Translations under genes and position numbers: made by a program
Notes under the pieces: generated by a model
Databases searched by the model: none
What the model was told of the DNA's origin: nothing
The model's input: the letters and a program-made list of their open reading frames with translations, nothing else
Shown here: piece by piece, positions 12,751 through 26,765 of the stretch
How positions within the stretch are numbered: position 1 is the stretch's first letter
Layout: each line of letters begins with the position of its first letter
DNA from: Felis catus
Taxonomy: Eukaryota
DNA length: 64,000 bases
Assembly (NCBI RefSeq): GCF_018350175.1
Contig: NC_058383.1
Location: forward strand, 25,112,001 to 25,176,000
Reading direction: 5' to 3'

Positions 12751-13111
12751 AGCTTGTTTTTTTTTTTTTTTTTTATATATGAAGTAGCTTTATAGGAATT
12801 TAACCCCATAATCTTGGCTATGAGGGGCAGGGAAAAGAAAATGAGGGAGAGTAAAAGAAACATAAATGCACATCTGTCCTGGTGTAAACTTGAGATGGTA
12901 GGTAAGCCTGGAGTCCCCCCGGTGTGCCTTGATTCTTGGGGGCTTCAGAATTGACAGTTTCTCCTTTGGGTCTATGCTTATAAATGCCAATTCCCTATGG
13001 TGTTCAATCATAGTAACTGCAAATGATCCCAAGGCTGCCAGTAACACCAACTCTTGCTGAGAAATGGTACCATATTGACTTTTGGCAATTTAAGGGAATC
13101 TAAAGAATATC

Positions 13112-13285
13112 CTTTTTTAAATCTTTTTATTTTAAACAGAGAGAGAGACAGAGAAACAGAGAATCTTAAGTAGGCTTCACATTCAGCACAGGGCCCAATG
13201 CGGGGCTCAGTACCACAATCCTGGGAGCATGACCTGAGCTGATATCAGGTTAGATGCTCAACTGTCTGGGTCACCCAGGCACCCC
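13112..13285 (-). mobile_element. Can-SINE
   Basis: T-rich tail, (GA)n, catgacctgagctga, cacccaggcacccc. Confidence 0.85.
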
Positions 13286-14024
13286 AAGAATATTCTTTAT
13301 TTAAGCCATTTTCTTTTAGTTCTCTGACTTTAAAATCCAGTGTAAGATGTGACTTCAGCCTAATATTTGCTTTTTGAGGCTGAAGTAAAGAACTTTAAAA
13401 GCTGAGGGGTTACTTTAAGAAAACAAACACAGCATGGTTTTCAGGTGATAGAAAAAATGTCTAAAGGTTTACAGAATCAGAGTTGTTGGTGGAAGGGGTC
13501 TTTCTTACTTCCAACACTTCCCTAACTTTCCCTGGGAGGTGTCCTTAAAGCTATGCAGCACCTGAGAGATGGAAATTGTTTGTTCCCCCAGCTGACTACC
13601 AGCCACAGCCTCAATTTTTCTTGCAGTCTCAAGTTTCCCTTAAAAATTCATCTTATACGTTCATTCAACCTCTTCATATATTTGTTTGTTATATAAAAAT
13701 AATATTTCAGATTCCCTACCTACAAGGAAGATTCAACACAATAACCCTCTGACTCATCTCATTTGCACTAAAGTGTTTAGACTGTAGTGACAGAGGCATA
13801 GAAGTTCAATACTCTTATTTTACAAATAAAGCAATTGCATCCAAGAGAGGGGAAGGAACCAGCCCAGGGTCACAAAACAAATCGGGGGCACAGCTGGGAA
13901 GAGAAGTCTTCTGGCATCAGTCCAGGTGACCTTCTCCCACTGAATGTTTGTCTACCAGCACTTGGGAGGAATGGTCTTCTCTTGTCCTTCCTTAGAAAAC
14001 ACATTCATCAGATCTGAAACTTAC

Positions 14025-14232
14025 TTAATCAGCGATCGGAAGTCCAGCCACCCGTGACGGCTATGGTCAGACACCAGGAGCTTTGTTTTCAGAGCAGGAC
14101 ACTCAGAAACTAGGGAATCCACCTCTGGGGCGAGGGTATCTGTGGTCATGATGCCCTGGGCTTTAGACACTTGTAATCGGTAGAGAATGTCCTTGGCTTT
14201 CATCTGGGTGGTTGCTGGCATGAAGATTATTC
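14025..14232 (-). CDS. ACSM1: ACSM1 coding exon 3 (208 nt)
   Basis: ttttttcattcccag| acceptor, AA|GTAAGT donor; [26 protein letters not shown]...[13 protein letters not shown]; phase 1 to 2. Confidence 0.95.
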
Positions 14233-14289
14233 CTGGGAATGAAAAAAGGAACTTTTGGGTTTCAGGCCTGGCTTATCTGCATAGAAATC

Positions 14290-14450
14290 TGCTAGCTTCT
14301 TGCTGTGCAAAGTATGGTCCATGGACCAGTACCATCAGCACCACAAAAATCTCATGCCCCATCCCAAACTACTGAATCAGAATTTGCACTTTAAGAAACT
14401 CTCCAAGGGATTCCTATGTATATTGAAATTTGAAAAGCCTGACCTAACCT
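14290..14450 (+). mobile_element. MER5A-like DNA transposon fragment
   Basis: caaagtatggtccatggaccag...actactgaatcagaatttgcactttaag...aaatttgaaaagc. Confidence 0.7.
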
Positions 14451-15259
14451 TCTTCTACTCTAGGTGGATCAAGCCAGTAGACAGGTGAATCCTACTTTAG
14501 GACTGGGACTACAGACTATGGACGCAAGTAGTACAGTGTCTTTGACACCAGGTTTAGCTGTATCCCTGCCTCCATTTTTCTCCTCTCACTTCCTCCTCTT
14601 TCAGTCCCTTGAGTCATCTTGAATCTCCTCTCTTTTCTTCATTCCTCATACCCAAATTTAACTACATTATCCTTTTAACTTTCCTACACTCCCTTCCATC
14701 TTCCATCACCAACAGTTAGTTCAGGTCTTTGTGTGCCTCTACTAGGTTCTAATCTCTCCACCAGATGGCTCATCCTGAATCTTGCTACTACCTACCTTCC
14801 ATTTTATTACCTGTTCAGGTTCCACAGAACACTGACTTCCCCCTCTGCTTTTCTTCTCTTCACCAGCACCTGTGCCCTCTCTCCAGGAAAGCACCATACT
14901 CTGAACACCCAACAGTGAAGGCACTGCCCACCCTCCACCTTTTCCTCTTACAAATCTATTCCCTACTTCAAGATGCCTATTTTTCACACAGACTTCTCCT
15001 GACTCTAAGTTTTTGCATGTCTTATGCCCATTCTTGGACTCTCCTTCCTTTGCTTCTATTCTTCTTTTATTCTATCCCAGAGCACTCAGCTCTTGTCTTG
15101 GATTTCCCATGTGCCATCTCTCAGCTCTACAGATGACATGGCTTCTCTGTACTCTCTCTGCTGTTGCTGTTAATTCTTGATTCCACATGACCTTGATGGA
15201 TTAATGTAGGATTTTATTTGTGAGGAAATATATGACCATGCATTTTAAAGCAATTAAAA

Positions 15260-16100
15260 AAAAATTCTGGAGTCCCACACCAATTCTACATTATATAGAT
15301 ACATAAATATGCAATTAAAAGGGGGAAGGGAAATCTCCACAGAATAAATGTGGAGGGAATAACACAATTAGAAAATTCTCATATAAAACCACCATAATAA
15401 TATTCAATTCAATCAAGAATCATCAATGGATTCTCATGTAACAGGGTGAAAGACAGTTGGGGAACAGGATATTCACACAGTCTCAAAAGTATTACAGTAC
15501 AGATTACTTAATAATTACAAAGGGAAATTGTGCCTTACAAAAGTGTTTGTAAATAATATCATCGATGATAGGACAAACCGACTTCATGTATCTCCTGATG
15601 TAAAGCATTGAGATAAGCATGTTGTCTTTTTAGTACTCCTACTAAAAATGTTTATCTGAATATAATCTTGAAAAAAGAGTCAGAAATACAAATTTTGTGG
15701 GACCTTCTGAAAAACAACTGGCTTAGACATTTCCAAGATGTTGTCGTGCAGAAAAGTTTAGATTAACGGAGATTGAGGAGACCTTACGATGTAATGCATT
15801 GCATGACCTTCTATCAGATTTTGGATTTAAACAAACAAAAAATGGGTATAAAATACACTGTTGGGACAATTGAAGAATTCTGGCCATGGATATATATTAT
15901 ATCAAAGTTATACTTCTTGTGTGATAACTCTGTTGTGGTTATGTGAGGAGAATGTCATGGATCATAGCAGATGCATGCTCCAGTGTTTATGGGTGTTTAT
16001 CTGGTGTTTATGGATGCCACAATGTCTGCAACTGATACTTAAATGTCTCAGTGTGGGAGGGGAGCAAAATGTTAACAATTGATGTTTAAAAAAAAAAAAA
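15260..16100 (+). mobile_element. Ancient L1MC-like 3'-end fragment
   Basis: Degenerate similarity to recalled L1MC 3' UTR (attacttaataattacaaagggaaa, gtggttatgtgaggagaatgtc). Confidence 0.5.
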
Positions 16101-16367
16101 TGAAACCGTGCAAGAGAAAGTGTGTGTGTGTGTGTGTGTGTGTTTATGTGTCTGTGTCTGTGTATGAATTAGAGAGTGATGACATTGTGTTTGAGGGTGT
16201 ATAAGTTGAGGAAGACAGTGAGAAGTAGCAAACGAATATTTGAAAGAGTCTGAGAAAGAAAAAGACTATGAAGAATAAGAAAAAAGGGCAGGGAAATGTT
16301 AATATTTCAGGACCCATTGGCTCCAGGCTAGACCTAAAGTCTGTTGGGGTCTCTTTGGGTCACTGAC

Positions 16368-16578
16368 CTGCTCGGATGCAGCCTATGACCACCAGCCACC
16401 ACTCAGGCAGTCGAGGTAGGATCAAGGCTAGACGGTCTCCCTGCTGCAGGCCGCAGGTCTGGGTGAAGACGTTGGCTGCACGGCGGGATAAGTCTGTCAT
16501 CTCTCTGAAACTCCACTTCACTTCATCACCTTGATTATTCACCCACCACAGGGCTGGGTTTGGACCTCTCTTGCCCTC
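16368..16578 (-). CDS. ACSM1: ACSM1 coding exon 2 (211 nt)
   Basis: ccag|GAG acceptor, CAG|GTCAGT donor; [71 protein letters not shown]; phase 0 to 1. Confidence 0.95.
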
Positions 16579-17017
16579 CTGGTCAAGATCATACATCATG
16601 TGTTATTTCCTATGTTAAAGGAAAAGGGCACTTATTTGGCCAACCCACTACCTTAGCTACATGAAAATGTAGCTCAAGAACTGAGATCCAATTTTAAAGC
16701 ATTTATAGAATGAAGAGAAGTGGGTAGGGTATGATCCAGCCAACTTCTTCTGGTCTACTGTAACTACCTCCTCTCAAGTCACATAAAACCAGAAATAGTT
16801 CCATGTTACCTATTAAAACCTTAAAATTGCATTCCCCATGTGTCTGTCTTAGTTCCACAGAGATGGTATGTTTCCTCTGTGCTTCGGTTTTATCATCTAT
16901 GAAATGGGTACAATACTACCTAGAAAGTAGTAAAGTTTAAATTAGTTATTTAAAGAGGTGAAATGTATATGATAGTGCCTGGGAACATAGTAGGTACTCA
17001 ACGAAATTATTATTATA

Positions 17018-17180
17018 GGGGCACTTGGGTGGCTCAGTCAGTTGAGCGCCCGACTTCAGCTCAGGTCATGATCTCATGGTTCATGAGTTGGAACCCCGCA
17101 TTAGGCTCACTGCTATCAGTGCACAACTGGCTGCTTCGGATGCTCTGTCTCCCTCTCTCTCTGCTCCTCCCCAACATGTA

Positions 17181-17227
<47 letters not shown>

Positions 17228-17250
17228 TCAAAAACAAACATTAAAATAAA
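17018..17250 (+). mobile_element. Can-SINE
   Basis: ggggcacttgggtggctcagtc head, (CT)n, A-rich tail. Confidence 0.9.
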
Positions 17251-17326
17251 TTACTATCATTATTACCATTATTACAACAAAAGAAGAGACTAATTTAATT
17301 CCTGAATATTTGGGGGAATTTATTTT

Positions 17327-17546
17327 TTTTTTAATTTTTTTTTCAACGTTTATTTATTTTTGGGACACAGAGAGACAGAGCATGAACGGGGGAGGGGCAG
17401 AGAGAGAGGGAGATACAGAATCGGAAACAGGCTCCAGGCTCTGAGCCATCAGCCCAGAGCCCGACGCGGGGCTCGAACTCACGGACCGCGAGATCGTGAC
17501 CTGGCTGAAGTCGGACGCTTAACCGACTGCGCCACCCAGGCGCCCC
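17327..17546 (-). mobile_element. Young SINEC_Fc-type SINE
   Basis: CpG-intact body; TSD gggggaatttatttt on both sides. Confidence 0.95.
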
Positions 17547-19175
17547 AGGGGGAATTTATTTTTAAAATTAACGTACCTCTGGAGGTGAAATAAGCAAGAA
17601 GGCAGACCTGGGAGCTCCAAGGTAGCCCTTGTTTCCTCACAGAAACGTCAAGTAAACAACGGACTACAATAGCTGTGTAGAAACTCTAGAAATAGTCAAG
17701 GATCTGCAGCAAATTAATGCCCAAACAATAAAAAATCCCTACTCTAAATGGTAAGAAATTCTAGGTTGTTTTCTGCTGCTTACCCTTGTCCCATCCCCTC
17801 TCTTGTGTTGTACAGTATGGTCAGGAGGAAGCCACCCAATTTGCAGCCCCTGCCTTGGAATTTGTTTCAGTATTCTGCCCTGTGTGGAGGCTGCCTGAGA
17901 GACTGGTTTCTGCCTCATCTGAATCAGAGCTCAGATAGGAATTGTGACATAGTTTGAATATAAGACTGGAGGTGGGTGAAAGCAGTGGCAGATGCCACAC
18001 TGAGTGGAAACTGTAGAACTGTAGCCACCTCGGAGGGAGACTACAGGCAGAGGAGGACAATAAAACATTTGAGCCCTGAGAAGAAGCAGATATGAGACTT
18101 TTAATGCAATTAAAACATATAAAAGCAGTATCATGTCTGGGAAATTTGAGAAAAAAACACACATGCACAGGCCTAGGAAAGACACATGCCCAAGACCTGA
18201 AGATCTAAGAAGACCTTAAGTTTTCATACTGGTCGGATTACTGGAGGGCTTTCTCTGCATGAAGTTAGGCTGCAAAGACAGACAGAGGTGGCTACTTTTT
18301 TCAAATGTCCAGTTTTCAACAACAGATCACAAGGCCATGTTGCCCATTCAAAGGAACAAAACAAATTTCCAGAAACTTACCCTAAAGGGACACAGGTTTC
18401 AGTTATTAGACAGACACTTTAAAATGATCATCTTAACTATCCTGAAAGTGCTGAAGGAAAACAGACAAAGAACCAAAGCAAATCAGAAAAGCAATATATG
18501 AACACAATGAGAATACCAACAAAGAGATAGAAATTATAAAAGAGAACCAAACAGAAACTGCGGATCTGAAAAATACAATAACTGAACTGAAAACTTTACG
18601 AGAAGGATTCAACAGCAGATCCAAGCAGGAAGAAGAAAGAGTCAGTAAACTTGAACACAAGTCATTTTAAATTATGGAGTCAGAGAGGCAAAGAGAAAAA
18701 AAAAACAATAAAGAAAAGTAAACAGAGCCCAAAGCACATAGTATACAAACAAGCAGACCAACATACACATTATGGGAGTCCTAGAAGAAGAGACAAAAGG
18801 AGCCATCAGCTTATTTGAAGAAAGAATGGCTGAAAAAAAGCAAAACCTTATTTGTATTAAATACAAATTTATACAGTAGTGTTCATTCATTCATTCATTC
18901 ATTCATTCATTATATGGATGTACAAATACAAGAGGCTCAAACAATTCCAAGAAAACCCAGAGAGATCCATACAGAGACACATAATCAAACGAAAAAGCCA
19001 AAGACAGAATCCTGAAAGCAGCAAAAAAAAAAAAAAAAAAAAAGTGACTCATCATGCATAAGGAATCCTCAATAAGATTATTAGTGGCAGGCCAGAAGAC
19101 CCACCAAATAAGTGGGATTACATATTTGACGTGATGGGTAAAAAGGTGTCAGTCAACAACTTCTATATTTGGCAA

Positions 19176-20360
19176 TCCCCATGAAAATAACACCAGCATT
19201 CTTCAGAGAGCTAGGACAAAAATCCTAAAATTTGTATGGAACCAGGAAAGACCCCAAATAGCCAAAGCAATCCTGAAAAAAGAAAACCAAAACTGGAGGT
19301 ATCACAATCCCAGACTTCAAAATGTATTACAAATCTGTAATCATCAAGACAGTATGGTACTGGCACAAAAACAGACACTCAGATAAATTGAATGCAATAG
19401 AAAACCCAAAAATGGACCCACAAACATATGGCCAACTAATCTTTGACAAAGCAGGAAAATATATCCAAGGGAAAAAAGACAATCTCTTCAGCAAATGTTG
19501 CTGGGAAAACTGGACAGTGACATGCAGAAAAATGAACCTGGACCACTTTTGTACACCATACACAAAACTAAACTCAAAATGGATAAAAGACCCAAACATA
19601 AGATAGGAAGCCATCAAAATCCTCAAGGAGAGAGCAGGCAAAAACCTTTTTGACCTCAGTCGCAGCAACTTCTTACTCAACATGTCTCCGGAGGCAAGGG
19701 AAACAAAAACAAAAATGAACTATTGGGAACTCATCAAAATAAAAAGCTTCTGCACAGTGAAGGAAACAATCAGCAAAACTAAAAGGCAACTGACAGAATG
19801 GGAGAAGATATTTGCAAATGACATATCAGATAAAGGGTTAGTATCCAAAATCTATAAAGAACTTCTCAAACTCAGCACCCAAAAAACAAATAATCCAGTG
19901 AAGAAATGGGCAAAAGACATGAATAGACACTTTTCCAAAGAAGACATACAGATGGCCAACCAACACATGAAAAAATGCTCAACATCACTCATCATCAGGG
20001 AAATACAAATCAAAACCACAATGAGATACCACCTCACACCTGTCAGAAGGGCTAACATTAACAACGCAGGCAAAAACAGATGTTGGTGAGGATGTGGAGA
20101 AAGAGGATCTCTTTCGCACTGCTGGTGGGAATGCAAACTGGTGCAGCCATTCTGGGAAACAGTCTGGAGGTTCCTCAAAAAATTAAAAATATAATTACCC
20201 TACAACCCAGTCATTGCACTACTAGGTATTTATCCAAGGGATATAGGTGTTTTGAAAGGGCACATGCACCCCAATGTTTACAGTAGTGCTATCAACAATA
20301 GCCAAAGTATGGAAAGAGCCCAAATGTCCATTGATGGATGAATGGATAAAGAAGATGTGG

Positions 20361-20406
<46 letters not shown>

Positions 20407-20787
20407 GGAGTATTACTTGGCAATCAAAAAGAATGAAATCTTGCCATTTGCAATTACATGAATAGAACTAGAGAGTATTATGCTAAGTGAAATTAGCCAG
20501 TCATAGAAAGACAAATATCATATGACTTCACTCATATGATGATTTAAGATTCAAAACAGATGAACAAAAGGAAGGGAAGCAAAAATAATATAAAAACAGG
20601 GAGGGGGCAAAACATAAGAGATTCTTAAATATAGAGACAAACAAAAAAATTGCTGGAGGGGCTGTGGGAGGGGGGATGGGCTAAATGTGTAAGGGGCATT
20701 AAGGAATCTACTCCTGAAATTGTTGCGTTATTTGCTAACTAACTTGAATGTAAATTTAAAAATAATTAATTAATTTAAAAAAAGAAG
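19176..20787 (+). mobile_element. 5'-truncated carnivore L1 (ORF2 C-terminus plus 3' UTR) nested in the older L1
   Basis: ORF2 fragments [18 protein letters not shown] and [15 protein letters not shown]-rich tail; imperfect TSD ttct(a/c)tatttggcaa at 19161-19175 and 20791-20805. Confidence 0.92.
20364..20404. repeat. (CA)n microsatellite inside L1
   Basis: Direct reading. Confidence 0.95.
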
Positions 20788-20906
20788 AAATTCTCTATTT
20801 GGCAAAACTGTCCTTCAAAAATGAGGGAGAAATTAGGTCATTCTCAGATAAACAAAAATTGAGGGAGTTCATTATGGTTAAACTTTGTCTATAAGAAATA
20901 CTAAAA

Positions 20907-21135
20907 GGGGACACCTGGGTGGCTTAATTGGTTAAGCAAACAATTTTGGCTCAGGTCACGATGTCACGGTCCATGAGTTTGAGCCCTGAGTCAGGCTCTG
21001 TGCTGACAGCTCAGAGCCTGGAGCCTACTTCAGATTCTGTGTCTCCCTCTCACTTTTCCCCTCCCCTGCTCGTACTCTGTCTCTGTGTCTCTCTCAAAAA
21101 TAAAACATTAAAACCTTTTTTAATTAAAAAAAAAA
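20907..21135 (+). mobile_element. Can-SINE
   Basis: ggggacacctgggtggct head, (CT)n, A tail. Confidence 0.9.
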
Positions 21136-21749
21136 GCCTAAAAGGAGTCCAATTTGAAATAAAAGGATGTTACAGAGTAGCCTGAATACAAAAATATAAA
21201 GTTATTTGATAAAATACATGGACAAATATAAAAACAAGTATTATTATAATTTTGATTTGAAACTCCATTTTTTTTTCTTTCACAGTATTTAAAAGACAAA
21301 AGCATAAAAAATAATTATAAGCTATGTTAATGAGTACACAATATATAAATATCTAATTTATGATATCAATAAAACAACATGGGGAGGTAAGAGGGAGCTG
21401 GAAAAAATTAGGATTTCTATATGCAAATAAAGTTGTTACTAGTTTAAAATAGATTGTTATAACTTTAGGATGTTATATGGACTCCTCATAATAACCACGG
21501 AAATTATCTATAGTATATATTCAAAAGGAAATGAGAAGGGACTGAAGGCATATTACAAACAAATTAACTAAAGACAAAGAAAGGCAGTAAGGGAGGAAAT
21601 GAGGAACCAAAAGCTATGACATCAAGAAAACAATTAACAATATAGCAATAGTAAGTTCTTCTTTATCAGCAATAACTTTAAATGGATGTGCACTAAATTC
21701 CCCAGTCTAAAGACATAAACTGGCAGAATGTATTAAAAATGAAAAAAGA

Positions 21750-21965
21750 GGGGCGCCTGGGTGGCACAGTCGGTTGAGCATCAGACTTCAGCCAGGTCAC
21801 AATCTCGCGGTCTGTGAGTTCGAGCCCCGCGTCAGGCTCTGGGCTGATGGCTCAGAGCCTGGAGCCTGTTTCCGATTCTGTGTCTCCCTCTCTCTCTGCC
21901 CCTCCCCCGTTCATGCTCTGTCTCTCTCTCTGTCCCAAAAATAAATAAAAACGTTGAAAAAAAAA
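21750..21965 (+). mobile_element. Young SINEC_Fc-type SINE
   Basis: ggggcgcctgggtggc head; TSD aaaaatgaaaaaaga. Confidence 0.95.
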
Positions 21966-22174
21966 TGAAAAAAGACTCCAACTATATTCTGTCTACAAAA
22001 TTGCTATTTCCACATGATAGATTATGATAGAATCATCAAACAACTTGCAGAAATTGTTTTGGAATAATAATTTCACAATACAATATTAATTAAAAAGAGC
22101 AAAACCATATTTACATTATAATCCAAATGTATATAGTAGTAACCATTCATTTGTTCAGTTAGTATATATATATA

Positions 22175-22318
22175 TATTTTTTTCAATATGTGAAGTTTAT
22201 TGTCAAATTGGTTTCGATACAACACCCAGTGCTCATCCCAAAAGGTGCCCTCCTCAATACGCATCTCCCACCCTCCTCTCCCTCCCACCCCCCATCAACC
22301 CTCAGTTTGTTCTCAGTT
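22175..22318 (-). mobile_element. Short felid L1 3' UTR insertion
   Basis: Reverse complement matches the 3' UTR of the L1 at about 5377-5505; flanked by repeated catttgttca(g/a)tta(g/a)tatatat. Confidence 0.85.
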
Positions 22319-22527
22319 CATTTGTTCAATTAATATATATTTACTAAATTCTCATTATTTGTTAGGGACTATTCTTAGACCAAAGGATACAATGGGGAAC
22401 AAGACATACATGTACATACATGGTTTTAATATTTTTTGCCAATTTTCATTTTCTTGTTTAAATACACTTTCTTATTTTCCCCCAAACTTTCTATAATGAG
22501 AATGTTTTTAAAAAAGATTTCATTTTT

Positions 22528-22756
22528 TAAGCTAATTTATTTATTTTGAGAGAGAGAGACAGAGACAGAGAAAGAGAGACAGAGACAGAGAGAGCACAAA
22601 TGGGGGAGGGGCAGAGAGAGGGAGAGAGAGAGAAAATCCCAAACAGGCTCTGCACTGTCATTGGGGAGCCTGATGTAGGGTTCAAACTCACAAACTGTGA
22701 GATCATGATCTGAGCCAAAGTTGGACACTTAACTGACTGAGCCACCCAGGCACCCC
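22528..22756 (-). mobile_element. Can-SINE
   Basis: TSD aaaagatttcatttttt; (GA)n; ccacccaggcacccc. Confidence 0.92.
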
Positions 22757-23082
22757 AAAAGATTTCATTTTTTAAAAATTAATTTCCAAAAACTGTCCAG
22801 AGTAAAAGTTCAGGCAATGCAGGATCTTATGAACAGAAACATTTCTTATAAATAGAAAAATGTCTTCAAATATCTCTTCACATTTTCACTCTCTGAAGGT
22901 CAGCACTGATAATTATCTGGCGTATATTCTTCCAGAAATCTTTTTCCACATATGTGCAAACATGATCCTGCCACCTTTGTCCCATATGATCGGAACAAAA
23001 GAGTGTATCTCACTTGAGAAAAGATAAGATTAATATATATGTATATGCATATGTAAGTATTCAGATCTATGAAAAAAGCAGT

Positions 23083-23301
23083 GCTTGCCTGGGTGGCACA
23101 GTCGGTTGAGCGTCCGACTTCAGCTCAGGTCACGATCTCGCGGTCCGTGAGTTCAAGCCCCGCGTCAGGCTCTGGGCTGATGGCTCAGAGCCTGAAGCCT
23201 GTTTCAGATTCTGTGTCTCCCTCTCTCTGCCCCTCCCCTGTTCATGCTCTGTCTCTCTCTGTCTCAAAAATAAATAAATGTTAAAAAAAAATTAAAAAAA
23301 A
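23083..23301 (+). mobile_element. Can-SINE (SINEC_Fc type)
   Basis: gcctgggtggcacagtcggttgagcgtccgact head and A tail. Confidence 0.92.
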
Positions 23302-23595
23302 ATATTCTTGTAGGAGTTTGAAAAATGATGGAAAAGCTTGTGTATCAAGGTGGGAAACATTTGCTGCTCGGAACTCAGTGTTTTAGACCTTACCTTTGCA
23401 ACTTGAAGAAGATACTGCTTAAATAATTATAGATTTTTGTGTTAAAGGTTAACCTGATAATGTGATATTGAGATAAAACTGTTTTCAAGAAGAGAAAAAC
23501 AGCTCCTAAACTTAGATTTGAAATTTAAATTTTTATGAGATAAAGTTTGAAGCCAAAGGAAATTGAGAAACAGTTTCAAAACATAAAATGTTTAT

Positions 23596-23790
23596 GGGGC
23601 TCCTGGGTGGCTCAGTTGGTTAAGTGACTGACTTCGGCTCAGGTCATGATTTCATGGTTTGAGTTTGAGCCCCAAATCTGGCTCTGTGTAGACAGCCTGG
23701 AGCTTGGGATTCTGCCTCCCTCTCTCTCTCTTCCCTCCCCTGCTTGTACTCTCTCTTTCTCAAAATAAATAAATAAACTTAAAAAAAAGA
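23596..23790 (+). mobile_element. Can-SINE
   Basis: ggggctcctgggtggctcag head, (CT)n, aataaa tail. Confidence 0.9.
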
Positions 23791-24349
23791 AATCAGATAA
23801 AAAAGGGCACATCCTGCATTATTCCATTTCTATGAAACTCTAGGAAAGAGAAATATAATCTGCAAGGCAGCAGATCAGTGGTTCCCTGGGGCTCAGAGTG
23901 GGGGTAGGGACCAAGAGAAAACAAAAGGAAACTTCTTAGATGATGGAAATATTCTAAAACTCAAACTTTACACTAAAAAGGTGTGCATTTTATTCTATGT
24001 CAATTACATATCAACATATTTACTCTTTGCTAATACCTAACTAAAATATACTTTGAAGAAGGAAAATTCGAAAAGTTTGCAAGATCAAGCCCCATGTTGG
24101 GCTCTACATTGACAGCTTGGAGCCTGCTTAGGATTCTCTCTTCCTCTCTCTCTCTCTCACTCTTTCTTTCTGTTCCCTGTTCCTCCCCTGATCATGCACT
24201 CTCTTTCTCTCTCAAAATAAATTATATATATCTACACATACATATACATAAATATATAAGAGTTTATGGCCTATAGAAAAAATTTGCCTCAATCTTATTT
24301 CCAATGAATTTTAAGTTGAAATTCAAAGAGTTCTGTAAATTAATGATAG

Positions 24350-25145
24350 AATATGATAGACTAATAGAATTTATATCCTAACTGACATAGATAGAACACT
24401 TTACCCAATGATGATATAATTCTAATTCTTTTCCATTGCATTTGGAACATTTATCAATCTCGAGAAATCTCAAAAGTTTAAAACAGAGTATGTTTTCTAA
24501 CCACAGTGGAATTAAGCTAGGAATCATTAACAATAAGATAATGAGAAAACCATCCCCAACTATCTGGAAACTAACTAGTACACTTCTATATAATCTAGAG
24601 GTCAGAAAAGGATCAAAAAGGCAAATAGAAACTATTTCCAACAGAATTATAATAAAATACAACATGTCAAAATTTGTGTGGTGCACCTAAAAGGAATGCT
24701 TACTGGAAAATATATACTTTTAAATACATACATTAGAAAAGAAGGTAGGCCAAAAAGTAAGAACATAAATTTGCATCAAGAAGCTGAAAAAGGAAAAGCC
24801 AATCAAATCAAAGGAAAGTAGGAAGAAGGTAATAATAAAGATAAGAGCATGCATCCGTGGAATGGAAAATAAATATGCAATTGAGAATATCAGTAAAGCC
24901 AAAGCTGGTTTTGAGAAGATGTATCAGATTGATAAACTCTTAGAAAGACTTACCCAGGGAAAAAAAGAAAAATAACATAGTAACGATATTAGGAATGAAA
25001 AAGTGCACACAAATGCAATTCTTACAGACATTAAAATAGCAACAAGAGAAAATTATGAATAATTTTATGCCAATAAATATGACAATTTGGATGAAATTAA
25101 CAAATTACTAAAAAAGCAACTTGCTAAAACTGATAGAATCAAAAT
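24350..25145 (+). mobile_element. Old degenerate L1 ORF2 fragment, resuming at about 27631-27710
   Basis: FSNHSGIKL (SDH-motif equivalent) and decayed linker region. Confidence 0.75.
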
Positions 25146-26164
25146 CTTTTTTTAAAATTTTATTTTCTATTTTTTTAAATTTACATCCAAATTAGCATAT
25201 AGTACAATGATTTCAGGAGTAGATTCCTTAGTGCCCCTTACCCATTTAGCCCATCCCCCCTCCCACAACCCCTCCAGTAACCCTCTGTTTGTTCTCCATA
25301 TTTATGAGTCTCTTCTGTTTTGTCCCCCTCCCTGTTTTTATATTACTTTTGTTTCCCTTCCCTTATGTTCATTTGTTTTGTCTCTTAAAGTCTTCATATG
25401 AGTGAAACTATATGATTTTTGTCTTTCTCTGACTAATTTCATTTAGCATAATACCTTACAGTTCCATCCACATAGTTGCAAATGGCAAGATTTCATTCTT
25501 TTTGATTGTCAAGTAATACTCCATTGTATATATATACCACATTTTCTTTATCCATTCATCCATCGATGGACATTTGGGCTCTTTCTATACTTTGGTTATT
25601 GTTGATAGTGCTGCTATAAACATGGGGTTGCATGTGTCCCTTCGAAACAGCACACCTGTATCCTGTAGATAAATGCCTAGTAGTGCAACAGCTGGGTCAT
25701 AGGGTAGTTCTATTTTCAGTTTTTTGAGGAAACTTCATACTGTTCTCCAGAGTGGCTGCACCAGTTTGCATTCCCACCAACAATTCAAAAGAGATCCTCT
25801 TTCTCCACACCCTCGCCAACATCTGTTGTTGCCTGAGCTGTTAATGTTAGCCATTCTAACAGGTGTAAGGTGGTATTTCATTGTGATTTTGATTTGTATT
25901 TCCCTGATGATGAGTGATGTTGAGCATTTTTTCATATGTCTGCTGGCCATCTGGATGTCTTCTTTGGAAAAGTGTCTATTCATGTCTTTTGCCCATTTCT
26001 TCACTGGATTATTTGTTTTTTGGGTGCTGAGTTTGAGAAGTTCTTTATAGATTTTAGATACTAACCCTTTATCTGATATGTCATTTGCAAATATCTTCTC
26101 CCATTCTGTCGGTTGCCTTTGAGTATTGCTGATTGTTTCCTTCGCTGTGCAGAAGGTTTTTATT

Positions 26165-26165
26165 T

Positions 26166-26204
<39 letters not shown>

Positions 26205-26415
26205 TTTTTTAATGTTTTTATTTATTTTTGAGATAGAGAGAGACAGAGCATGATCAGGGGAGGGGCAGAGAGAGAGGGAGAGACAGAATCTGAAGCAGGC
26301 TCCAGGCTCTGAGCTGCCAGCACACAGCCCGACGCGGGGCTCAAACTCATGGACTGTGAGATCATGACCTGAGCTGAAGTTGGACGCTTAACCAACTGAG
26401 CCACCCAGGCACCCC
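26165..26415 (-). mobile_element. Can-SINE nested in L1
   Basis: (TTTA)n tail; TSD agaag(g/c)tttttatttt. Confidence 0.92.
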
Positions 26416-26545
26416 AGAAGCTTTTTATTTTGATGAAGTCCCAGTAGTTCGTTTTTGCTTTTGTCTCCCTTACCTCTGGAGATGTGCTGAGTAAGAAGTT
26501 GCTGTGGCCAAGATCAAAAAACCGTATAATACCAAGGAATAAATC

Positions 26546-26765
26546 TTTAAAAAAATTTTTTTTTACACTTATTTAATTTTTGAGAGACATAGAGAGAGCA
26601 CAAGTTGGGGAGGGGCAGAGAGAGAAGGAGACACAGAATCCAAAACAGGCTCCAGGCTCCGAGCTGTCAGCACAGAGCCCGATGTGGGGCTCGAACTCAC
26701 AAACTATGAGATCATGACCTGAGCTGAAGTTGGAGCTTAATGGACAGAGCCACCCAGGTACCCCA
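26546..26765 (-). mobile_element. Can-SINE nested in L1
   Basis: TSD gaataaatct. Confidence 0.9.

Larger units (their letters stand above)
17580..22000 (+). mobile_element. Old degenerate L1 5' half (5' UTR, ORF1, start of ORF2) with nested younger L1 and SINEs
   Basis: ORF1-like remnants (accaacatacacattatgggagtcctagaag, atacaagaggctcaa, aaactgtccttcaaaaatgagggagaaat) and EN-like start (tcagcaataactttaaat, ctatattctgtctacaa). Confidence 0.75.

Noticed and set aside
17360..17593. Recurrent short ORFs such as MGHRETEHERGRGRERG and AQSVERPTSAQV
   Set aside because: Translations of Can-SINE sequence, not genes.
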